64,000 bases of DNA from Lytechinus pictus (lineage: Eukaryota). Positions 39,550-51,015 of the stretch are shown piece after piece. The notes under the pieces are model-generated. The model was not told the DNA's origin. It searched no databases and saw only the letters and a list, made by a program, of their open reading frames with translations. The position numbers and the translations under genes are program-made. The DNA lies in the NCBI RefSeq assembly GCF_037042905.1, contig NC_087245.1:7752001-7816000 (forward strand), written 5' to 3'. Each line of letters opens with the position of its first letter. The stretch's first letter is position 1.

Positions 39550-40017
39550 CTTTCACCATTTTGTTTTGTTTATTTTTCTCCTTTCCTACACATTAATTTA
39601 TTACCAAGGCTGGATTCCCTTTTAACTTAAAACAGCTTTATGAAATTTCACCCAGGTGATAATTTAGGGTCAGTTTATCAATAGTCGTAGATAGAGGTCA
39701 AAGTGCATATGAAAATGGTCTATTGTCGTAATATTTTCAATTGAATTGATGATGTTCTGGTCAGATTTGGAGGGGTCACAGATTCAAAGGAGAGGTCAAG
39801 CAAGTGTCATTGGGGTAAATAATTGAAATGTTTTATTTGATTCTCACCAATATTTATTATCATTTTTTGGTCTAGATCTTTATGGCAAACAAAAATAATT
39901 CAAAGTTGAATGTATGCATAGTTCTGTAGTGATGATCCAAAGTTGCAGTTGGTGGAGGCCTAAATTTCAATTTCTTTGACTGTTCAAAAGCAGTCTCTGT
40001 GCTTCTGAATTAGTTAA

Positions 40018-41467
40018 AGTTGAATTAAGAAGGGGGTGAGTTTCCATAAATATAGGTTCTACATACAATATATAGTATATATAAGTTGTTCAAACACATA
40101 GCATGTCACAATAATCCTCTGCCTTCTCGATATTTTGCTTTGAAAGTCTATGAAATTAGCCACCTGTCAGAGCCCGAGAGACGAGTGTACAGAAAAGTCA
40201 CTCGGAGTGTGACGTCACCGGGGGGAATTTAATATAAGAGGTGCCTGAATGTCATACAGAAATGCTATGCAGAGAGAGAAAGATATTTTACAATTTTTTT
40301 TCAAAGCAACTCAAATCAAACAAATAGGACTGATATGTACAAATCTTTACTTTCCCTGTATAAAAAACAGTATGAATAACCACCATGAACTCTTCAATCA
40401 TGATGTAAGATAGCAAACAGTGAGTTATTGAATGATATTTTCACTATTTCTCATTTATTTTATCACGATGTTCAATCAAGTGAGTAGCTGGAAAGTAATT
40501 CCGGCGGCTAGCTCAGCGCGCGCTGAACGCATAATACTAGTACACACAACACCCAGGCATTGAGTGTACTGTTATGGTCTGGAATGTCGACTTAGTTCAT
40601 GGCCGTGCAGCGATCCCCTGGCGTTTTTTCTTCTTTTCTTTTGTCTTTGACTCCACTTTTATATCCTCTGGATCATTTCCACTCATAGCTCATTCCACAG
40701 AACAATCTTGAACCAAACGTATAGTATTCTTTCTCGGCCTTCTGAGTTGTTTTCTATATTTAATTACGCTAGGGGTCACCGTCACACATACAAACGCAAT
40801 TCGGAAGTGAGTTGAAGACAGAAAGATATATAGTAATTAGTATACATCTCTATGGTTGAAGACAACAAGAACGGTACGGTAGCTAGCTCGACAGCTATAT
40901 AGCTGCGCCGGAGCGGGCGGCCGGTCGGCACAAAGCAATTCCGCAACCAACTGTGTTTTTTTGCAAGAGCCGCGTCACACGCGGATAAATATGTCATAAT
41001 AACACGTCTGCTACGTTATCGACTGGTGAGAAGATCTCGATCAAATTTCATATTATTCACCTTGAAATTATTCCTTTAGGGTCTATGGTATCATTCTGAG
41101 GGAATTAACATATTTGGAATAATAGTACGGCCACAAATATTTTAATCATTTCCTCTTTGCAAGTTCTATGGCTCGCAGATACAACTTCAACTGCAGTTAT
41201 TCCATATGAAGGAGTACGTGCATAGTACACAAAACGGCACTGCCACCGGGACCGAATACCCCCCGGTGACGTCACACTCAAAGAACACCCGTCTCGGTAG
41301 GCATTGCAGGAGCGAACTCAGGGAAAATGGGTAGGGATAAATCGTTCAAATTCACTATTTTGAAAAAAGAAAATGGGGGGTCGAATCACCTATTAGTGTT
41401 TGGGGGGTTGTAAGGTTGCTATTAATGTAAATATCTCAATATTTGGAATCGTCTTCTTAATTCAACT
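40018..41467. mobile_element. Kolobok-like non-autonomous DNA transposon, 1.45 kb, CpG-rich interior
   Basis: TTAA at 40014-40017 and 41468-41471; perfect 15-bp TIR AGTTGAATTAAGAAG; internal inverted pair GAGTGTGACGTCACCGGGGGG (40205) / CCCCCCGGTGACGTCACACTC (41259). Confidence 0.82.
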
Positions 41468-43160
41468 TTAATGTTTTCTCTAAAGTTAAATAGCTGAAGC
41501 AAAGTACAAAGCGGCTCCCACAACCAGAAGTTTCCACTCACCCCAAGCCAGGATCCGCTTCCTGCTTACATCTATCATGTTTTCCTGTTCCAATGCAATC
41601 GTTACAGTCATTAGCCATAAGAACTGATGTAAATCAATGTTAATACCAAATTAAAACTAGTTATATGTATGGTAGGTATAGGTTCATTTTCACTTTCTAT
41701 AGATTGGGAATACACTCCAGTAATTAAGGAAGTTCTAAATAATTATCTTTCTCATTCAATTTGATCACTTATCGGTTGTATAGACAGTGAAACCAAAATG
41801 TTTATTCCCATCCAAAGTAAGCTTAATCCGAAGTGAGCAGAAAGTTTCAAGTGAGCATTTTCTTTTCAAGATAGATCAGTATTTTGACAGCAAGATAATT
41901 TATCTTTTGCTGCATGGTGATACTCTCTGTTTGAAGCATTTTGCTTTATCTCGGTTAAGGGTTAGAGTAGTTGGGAAATAAACTTTTCTAAGGGAAAAGC
42001 CGCAGTGACTATTGCTTCTTCAATGAATGCAGAAACATATGAAAGTTTGATGAAAACAATTTAAGGATAATTACAGCCTTATTAATGTCTTTATGATATT
42101 TCTAGCATTCAGTAATTTTTTTTAAGTTAGGGTGTTTTTTTAGTGGATCACCCCTCACACCCCCTTGAGATCACCATTAAAAAGTGAATAAAATGATTAT
42201 TAATTATATATAATGTTTTCCACTTGTAAGATGACTTTTAGACACCATTATAAGAAATAGACTATATGAGCTGAAATCCAATTGTTAAGTAGTAGCTGCT
42301 ACAGCATGTTTATTTACAGATCTATATAGAGGCCTAGATAAAATACAGTGAGGTTACAGGCAGGCTCTTTGATAGTATAGTATGTCAAAGGAGACTATTA
42401 AGAGCACTAGTTAGTGTTCAAATCATCACCTGATACTTTCTCTAGTATGTTCATACTCCATCCATCAAAATGATTACACATTGAGAGATTATTTGAATTC
42501 ATTTCATGTGAAAACATAAATATACATGATTAAATAGTTTGTACATAGTATGGCAGATAACCCATTGTTCTTTTTCTGTGGTCCTTTCACTTAAAGCAAC
42601 ACATGCACAATGCATCATTACAATGAATTAAAACAATGGATGACCGCTGATGATACGTAGTAGGAATTGCCCTCCATGGAGTTGATAGGTATATTAGAAC
42701 AAGTTTCTCTTTGAATGGCCATGATAGTAAGTTGATTCAAAGAGTAAAAATTTGTTTATCTGACACCATTTTCCCTGGACAACTTGAGAGTTTCGCCAAG
42801 ATTGCACATTGTGCAGAACACCTCATGCTTGAGTGAACCCCAAACTTCAAATCTTATTTTCTAATTCTCTGTATCTCCCACTGAATTTTTTTCTACATTC
42901 AATCAAGCACTTTTATGGGTTATCATTAATTTTAAAGCTTAGGATCTTCTTTTGAAACTAATCAAAATATCAATATTCATTTTAGAAGACTTATTTTTAG
43001 TTTAAGGGCGGAGGGTCACATATGAATTTGATAACAGTCTATAAACTGAAAGTACCTCTACATTTAGGGTATGTCATACAGATATGATAAGTGTTCTTTT
43101 GGTTTCTTTGTTCTTTTTCATTTGAAATTTAAAAACATTTGTATTTTCTTTCTTTTTTAG

Positions 43161-43299
43161 GCACATTCGGGATGTTACAAATCTCTAATGAGGGAGTGTG
43201 ATATGGGTCCAATCCGTGAGCTTATTATACCCCCATGGGCTGTATCCATGCCTGTTACTATGAACATGGTTAAAGGAGACATTGTATCCAGGATACAAG
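43161..43299 (+). CDS. DGKQ: DGK-theta exon: end of C1C and DGK-specific extension (AHSGCYKSLMRECDMGPIRELIIPPWAVSMPVTMNMVKGDIVSRIQ)
   Basis: tttttag acceptor; CAAG|gtaaga donor; HxxC...ECDxG..R.LIIPP extended C1 motif; phase 0 to 1. Confidence 0.93.
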
Positions 43300-44662
43300 G
43301 TAAGATTCAAACTGACCAATCACAGGCCTGACTAATGGTTAATTGACCAATCAGTGTACTGATCCATCACTAAATCATTATGTTTCTTTAATACCGATGA
43401 TGGAATAATCTTTCCTCCTGTTGCTAGTAGGTTTTAGTTTTACAAAAGTGATGAATTCATGCACAATGATGCTACATCACCACTATTTAGGTAAGATGAC
43501 TGTTGTATTTTTATCTTTTGCTTTTGTAAGTGTTTTTCATTGCATTTTCAAAAATTGAAGTGCACTTTCTTGATGTATGTATATAAATACAATCAGGCAA
43601 GCATGCTTGCTGTTGAAATGTTTCATTATTCTTTATTTCCAGTTTTTATTACTTGTTTCCTATAAAATCCTTTAATTGTATAAAATTAATCAATTGTTGT
43701 GCATTAATGATGTATAGTTATAGCCTCTTCATTTTTTTAAAAATATTTATTCTTTCTTAAGCTTATCCTTAATGTAGAATTCATCTGTTTTAGTTCATTG
43801 ATAATAACCCCTTGATTCGAAATATTTTTTTTTCTATAACCTCCTATAAAGCAAGTTTAACATACATGTAAATATTCCTTACCCATTTGCATGATGATGA
43901 ACATATTGGTTTGTTTTCCAACCTGCATATCAGCTCCCACTAAAGCTTATATACTTGATATTCTAAGCATACTTTAATGATAATGCATAACAACCATAAG
44001 ATCTGAGGGTCCTCCTTTTATCATTCATAGCCTTAACCCTGTAGCGATAGAATGAGTGTTAGATCTCACACCTTTTACCTCTACCAACAGCTGTTATCAA
44101 ATTAACCGTCAAAGTACATGTCTCCACTCCCCCTTCCACCATCAATCCCACTGTGTATAAATTGGTGTCATGAATATTATAGAGTGACCCTCGTTTAAAA
44201 TTTAGTTCAGCACTACTTATACATGCATTTATTGCGTTTGAAAAGGAATTACCAAGAATTCTTAAGTGTAGTTCAAGCAGCATAGGAATTTGGTATTTAA
44301 TTATGAGGTTTATTATTTTTTTAGATGCTTTCTTTTTTTACATCTAAATGGTGTAGTGTTATGAAAACACTGAATACAGAGGTATATGCTTACAGGAAAT
44401 GCATGTTAGTCTTTCTAAAATGTACACCAAGCATGTTTTTATCTTGTAGTTGAATTCTGAAGATTATTAAAAAGCAAATGAGGGTGGTAACTAGTAATTT
44501 TGCTATAGGATGATAAGAATACCCATATGAGGAGCAGGAGGTATATCTTCTCCCATAACCAAACCAGCCCACTTAATATAAAAAGAGTGTGCTGACTGGT
44601 CCAAGGGGAACTGACTGAACCCGAACAAGTTGACCAAGCTCACCAGTTCAGGACAAGCTTAA

Positions 44663-45215
44663 AGGACAAGTCCACCCCAACAAAAAGTTGATTGTAATAA
44701 AAACAGAAAAATCAAACAAGCATAACATTGAAAATTTCATCAAAATCGGCTGTAAAATATTATGACATTTTAAAGTTTCGCTTTATTTCACAAAACAGTT
44801 ATATGCACATCCTGGTCGGTATGCAGATGAGGAGACTGATGACGTCATCCACTCACTATTTTTTTGTATTTTATTATATGAAATATGAAATATCCTAATA
44901 TTCTCCTTATTGTCAAGTGAAACAACGATTAATTCCTCCCTGAACATGTGGAATTAGCATTGTTTAATGCTATATGGTTCAGTCAACTTGGTCCTTATTT
45001 TCAAATCTGTAAAAAATGAAATATTGTATAATTCAAACTATAATAAACAAAAGAAATACATGTAGTGAGTGATGGACATCATCGACTGACTCATTCGCAT
45101 GACACTGAGTTGTGCATATCACTGCTCTGTGAAAAATAAGTGAAACTTTAAAATGTTGTAACTTTCTTATTTTGCATCCGATTTTGATGAAATTTTTCTG
45201 GGATGGACTTGACCT
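44663..45215. mobile_element. Kolobok-like MITE family A with a small deletion in the right arm
   Basis: TTAA flanks; AGGACAAGTCCACCCC ... GGACTTGACCT; colinear with 7094-7692. Confidence 0.85.
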
Positions 45216-46085
45216 TTAAATCTTGGTGTGAAAGCAATTAATTTTTTTTTTCAAATTTAGGCCGTCTGTGCAAAGAGGTTGTCAACTTAACTGGTGTGAG
45301 CAGAGATAGAAAGTAGGCTGGTCTAACATGGGTTATGATATTACTTTTGAAGGACTTGGCATGGCCCAGTCCTTGATGTAGAAGTTACCCCTTTAAATCT
45401 TGATGGTAGTATGGAAGACTTGCATGAGAATAGTTGAATGGTAATAGCAAAGGGGTGTGTAGAAATCAGAAATCATGTAGAAATCAGAGTCTTAAAATGT
45501 TTCTTGGTTTTATTGTGCACTTTGACAAAGTCATTGTCTCATTTTAAGTACTAGTATGTAATTGAAACCCTAATCAAAATTTCCTAAAAGAAATTAGGAC
45601 TGAACTTACTGCAAAATTGACAATTCTTTCCATTAGTATTTTTAGTTCTCTTTTATATCAACTTCTAATAAACTGAACAATGCTCTTACAGTGTGATTTC
45701 ATTGTCTTCTGATTATGTTAATTTCTTTTTTTTATGGTGGAATCTAGGGTTTTGTGTGAGCCATTATGATTTGAATGTTAATGTTGAGAGTTAAGACTGG
45801 AAAAGTGATTTTCCTTTTATGGCTTTCCATTGTTTTTTTTTTTATTGTTTAGTTTTAGTTTTAACTTTCAATATGAATAAAATTTTTAATAATAACTTTA
45901 TAAGTGTGAGCAGCCACTCAAATAAACTTTTTTTTTTTTATTGTAGTTTATCCATTGCTCATGAAAGAATATTTTTTGTAGTCTTGGTTTGAAAATAATC
46001 TCCATTAGAGATAGGATAATAATCCCTGGAACTTGGAACTTTGAATATATATTTTTAGATATCAGTTCAGTTCAAGTACTTTTAA

Positions 46086-46680
46086 AGGTCAAGTCCACAA
46101 CAGGAAAATTTTGATTTGAATAAATAGAGAAAAAAATCAAACTAGCATAACACTGAAAATTTCATCAGAATCGGATGTAAAATAAGAAAGTTATGGCATT
46201 TTGAAGTTTCGCTTATTTTTCAAAAAACAGTGATATGCACGACTCAGTGACATGCAAATGAGACAGTCGATGATGTCCCTTACTATTTCTTTTGTTTTTT
46301 TATTGTTCGAATTATACAATATTTCATTTTTTACAAATTTGACAATATGGACCAACTTGACTGAACAATATATTATTTAACAATGCTAATTCCATATGTT
46401 AAGGGAGGAATTATTGTTGTTTCACTTGACAATGAGGAGAAATTCAGAATATTTCATATAATAAAATACAAAAGAAATAGTGAGTGGATGATGTCATCAG
46501 TCTCCTCATTTGCATACCGACCAGGATGTGCATATAACTTTTTTTGTGAAATTAAGCAAAACTTTAAAATGTCATAACTTTCTTAATTCATATCCGATTT
46601 TCATGAAATTTTCAGTGTTATATTTGTTGGATTTTTCTCTTTTTATTCAAATCAACTTTTTGTTGGGGTGGACTTGTCCT
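46086..46680. mobile_element. Kolobok-like MITE family A, opposite orientation to the 44663 copy
   Basis: TTAA flanks; AGGTCAAGTCCAC ... GGGGTGGACTTGTCCT. Confidence 0.85.
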
Positions 46681-47300
46681 TTAAGGATAGGGGCATATGC
46701 CACATATATTTATTTTGCAAAAGGAAAATGAAAAATATAAAGAATACATGTACAATTAATTTTCCATTAAATTTGGGATTGTTTAGTTAAGTTTTTTTTC
46801 CAACTCAGATGTGAGGTGCTTCTGACTATGTGGCATGATGTGAAAATTGTGATACTGTTTTAACCCGTTGTCCTTAATCTGAACTCACATTTAACTTATA
46901 CTGCAGTTTCCAGCTATGTTTATGGTATCAAAAGCAGACAAGTCCCTTCATGTATTATTACTACATTTACCAATTAATTGAATTAAAATTGTCTAGGAAT
47001 AAGGTAGTTGTCCCCTCTAGAAAAGAGCCCTGGAAGCATAAGAAATATTCGGTGAAAAGCATGGACTTGTGCAATGGCTTAAGTTAAAGTAGAGTTCAGA
47101 ACACATTCTCTATTTCCTAATGTAGGCATGTTATTGGTATTGTCTGGTTACTAAATTTGTTAATATTACTATTGAGTGATGTTCACATCTCATGTTCATG
47201 CATGCTCTCATTATTAACTTCTCATTGTCATTTATCAATGCTTCTCAAACATTGACAAAAACCAAAGCTCTTAAAACTGACCTGCACAATCAGCTAACAG

Positions 47301-47480
47301 AGCGGCGGCGTCGCCTGACACCACCAACGACGACGACTCCCAATGGAGCTAGGAGAGAGGCGCACTCCGCTTCCGGTCAGAAGCAGTATCTTGTGCCAAG
47401 ATTAACTCAAAGGTCTAGCAGTGCATCACCGGTCTTATCCAGATTAAAAGTCAAACTCAAACGGAGCGAATCCTTATCAA
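47301..47480 (+). CDS. DGKQ: Candidate 180-nt cassette exon, Arg/Ser/Thr-rich linker (ERRRRLTPPTTTTPNGARREAHSASGQKQYLVPRLTQRSSSASPVLSRLKVKLKRSESLS)
   Basis: GC-rich open frame in an AT-rich intron; ctaacag acceptor with weak pyrimidine tract; TCAA|gtatga donor; phase 1 to 1, multiple of 3. Confidence 0.65.
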
Positions 47481-49929
47481 GTATGAAAGAATGCTCTAAA
47501 TCAACTAACTTTTGGTTATTTTTTTTTTCTTACTAATAATTCTTGTTGTTGTTGTTTTTGTATTCAAGAATTTGATGTGCTGATGCCCCTCATGTTTAGA
47601 GTTATAAATATCACTTTTTTAGCCGAAGTAGAACTTGTAACTAAAAATATACCTTTTGACAACTTCAACTCAACATTTCATACAAGAATATTGTTATATC
47701 AAGTTAGTTAGACACAAAGAAACAAAGAGTTTCAAATTTCTCTTTCCCTCTTTGAATGTAGTTTTAAAGAATAAAATTTTGAAATTGGTATTCATTTTAA
47801 TTCAATGTTTATAAATCATTACGGGGGATATGCTTTATAAAGACTTCAATCTTTTATCAAAATTTAGTCTTGATTTTTCAAGGAGGGGGAGAATTCCTGT
47901 GTTATAGGTTGTAGGTCCCCCCTTTTTACTTTCAAGAAATTTCAACTCATTTTCACACACTTGCTGTGTTTGCAGTATACAGTGACTCTAATTGTTTTCA
48001 AAACCGATCACTAATCCATACCTTTGTCTCCTCATTTCATCTTCATATCCATTGTTTTGTAAGGTTTTATTTGTTAGTGTCAATTGCGTTTGGATACAGT
48101 AAATAAAAAAGTGTAATAGTATGAGATGAACTTGGCTATAGGATGAATAAATAACAAATCTTCTTTATTTCAAATTAAAAAAAGCAAATAAAGGTTGATA
48201 ATGATAATTAGTTATGAAAATGATGTTTAAAATATGGCTATAAAACATATTTGCTAGCTGATTAGCCAGTAGCTACCCCCTTTCCCCCAACACTCATTTG
48301 CTATTTTAATCGTGTGGACCCACACACTGTATGTCATGTCCTGCTTTAATCCACCCCTTATGTATACACATAGAGAGGGTGTCACAACTTGATTAGAAGG
48401 TATAGAGGGATGGGACATTGTCCTTAAATGACTGAGGGTTTCTTAGAAATGGAAGGAGGGCAACTGCACTGTCCTCTTCGTGTTCTTATTCATTGTTGCA
48501 AATTGGCAATGTCACTAACAGAACAGAGTCGTCTGCGACTCTCTTCTTGCATGCATGGTGCTTTCCATTGTTTTTTTTTTCATTGATTTTTTTTTTGCTA
48601 TGCAGTTTTATTTTTCAGAATTCTTCTTGACTATTATTAACAATAGAAGACACAATCATATTCTAATTTAAGTGTTCCTTTCGTAAATGATTTTCAAATG
48701 TAAAAAAAAAAAAAAAAGCCTGATTTGAATTATGATACATGTTTATTGATATGAGTTTCTCTTTTCATCTATGTATTAAGTTTACCCCCAACAATTTTAG
48801 ATTTCAAATATTTTTTTGGCATGAAATTTCACATTTTTTAAATATTAAACACTAACTCTTTACGATTAGAAGTTTTTTTTATGTTCAGTGACATATTTCA
48901 ATAGTCAGACTTTGATAACCATCAGAACTTAAACACTCTCCACCAATTCCTCCTAGAGGGAGAAATTGTAATAAACTAATACCCTGCATGGACAAAAATA
49001 TCTACTACATATATATATACTGTATGTCATAAAAAAAATATATATTTGTCATACCTCTTCAGATCTCTGTCCTACATTTCTTTTTTTTTACAGTGTTTCA
49101 TATTTCAACTCTTTATTCTCTCATGCAACATTGAGAGACACATTCAAAGTTGAATAGCAATTGCATGCCATTGCTTATATTAATGTAATTTTGTATTTGT
49201 TTGAATTTTATTTTAGTTAACAGGGATTATAATTAGTATTTGCTTGACAGTTTTCTTGACATTGAAGTGTTTCTGTAATGTTATAAGGAATGTTCACTAT
49301 TTAATAAACTACTGTTAGTACAATTATCACCACCTTATCTATATTTGCATCCTTTATCTCTTTTAAAATGTGTTTTAAGCAATCTCTCAATTTTTTACTG
49401 TGTTTTTCAAAGTATGTGTCTCTGGCTTTCCTTGTAAATTTTGTTCCATGATATAGAAAAATTAGACATATAACCTTTCAATATAGTTTAAATTTCAAAA
49501 CATATTTTTTTTTTTTTTTTTTAATATCCCGTTGCACATACACAGGCACATATACACCTGTATTTGTTAGCTCTTTGTATTCTTTTTACAGTATTTGTTT
49601 TTTTCTCACACATTTGACTTGTCTTGCCTTGAGAGAATGCTACTACTTCATAGCTTTTATCTTAAAGAAACATCTAAAAAAAGCTTGTGAAGAATTTATT
49701 GACTTTTTTAATGTATTAGTAAATAGAATTCCATAAGTGCTTCAAATGTATGGCCTGGATGGATTGTAATATTCTGCACTCAAATATGTAACCAAAACAC
49801 AGTTTTTTGTCATCATTCTTGTGAAGTTGTAGTATTGTCTAATGTTGGAGATAACAACTTTAAGTGGTATTTTATTAATTGTTTATGTGAATGTCTGCAT
49901 TTTTTCATTATTTCTTTCACACTCCTCAG

Positions 49930-51015
49930 ATTTGTTGGCCACTACACAAAGGAATAAAAACTACCAGAATCTAAAAAACTCCCGTCATAGTCTAGACTCC
50001 CTAACCCTCAGTACAGCCCCTTCTATCTCTTACACTAAATCCCCAGTCCCATCGTCAGGTAGCCCCTCCTCTTCTCGATCATTAGATCCATCCCCCACCC
50101 ACCGTTCAAAGTTGACACTCCCCCACCTAAATCCTGTCAGTAAATCCCAAGGGTCATCTCCGACATCTCCTAGAACCCTGTCCCCAAGCATCTATCTTCC
50201 CAAGTCCTCCTCACCCACTAAGGGGCCGAGACCGAAATCAGCTGTCCCTTGCATGCAATCATCCTCTAAGGGATCCAGTGGCAAGATGAAGCCATCTAAA
50301 TCTTTTGATGGAGGTCTTACCTCTCCTGATGTCTTCTTCTCCTCTAAGCCTACCTCCCTGTCTAATCCTCACTTGTCTGAACCAACCCATGAGGAGGCAG
50401 GCTCTGTTAAGCCCACGTTACTCTCACAAGCCTTACCCTTGCTGAATAAACACAAAACTGGTGAGAATGATTCTGAGGATTTGAACAGTTCAGCCATGAC
50501 CAAAAACCAAATATCAAACAACAATCAAAGCTCATTATCAGGTGGTATTATGACTAATACAAGTGCACACTCTGCTTCAAATGCTGCAGCCCCTGTCACT
50601 TCAAACATGGGTAGTATGTCATGTTCACACACCCCAGGTAGTCAAGATTCCCAAACCATGGAAACACTTGACCCTTCCTCCAGACCTACTAATGGCATAG
50701 GGATCTCTGATTCTGTAACCCCATCAGAAGCATGTTTTTCTCCTGGGATGATGGTTCTTTCTCCTTCCTCCATCTCTAACCCTAGCCCCCCTCCCACCCC
50801 GACCATAGCACCTATACCAACCCACCCCCCTCTTACCCGTACATCTGTGTCAATGTATCGATCCAAGGGGCAGCGATCTGCCTCCGAGTCTGGTTTCGAC
50901 CCAAGCACCCCTGATTTTGGTGATGGTGATAGTGATGATGATGGTGATGCATGCCTACTGCAACGGAATGGAGCAGTGCGGGGCAGGCCCCTGTCTACTC
51001 AAATTATCTGTTCAG
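49930..51015 (+). CDS. DGKQ: Large 1086-nt exon encoding a 362-aa Ser/Pro-rich low-complexity linker
   Basis: Core of ORF 49842-51191; ctcctcag acceptor in phase 1; TCAG|gtcttt donor (weak, phase 1) where coding-like composition ends; in frame with flanking exons. Confidence 0.75.

Larger units (their letters stand above)
32777..39621. mobile_element. Kolobok-like MITE family D, split into three pieces (32777-32967, 36718-37050, 39550-39621)
   Basis: TTGA/TTAA flanks; AGGGGAATC / GATTCCCTT ends; arms GAAAGTTTGAAAAATATCGGACAAACAAT versus ATTGCTTGTCCGATTTTTTTTCAAACTTTC. Confidence 0.75.
32613..39656. mobile_element. Small palindromic MITE split by nested insertions (pieces 32613-32776 and 39622-39656)
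   Basis: Left arm CCTGG..GTTTCATAACGCTGTTCTTAAGTTAAGAGCGACTTTAA; the right arm is restored by joining TTAAAGTCACTC|TTAACTTAAAACAGCTTTATGAAA..CCAGG. Confidence 0.72.
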
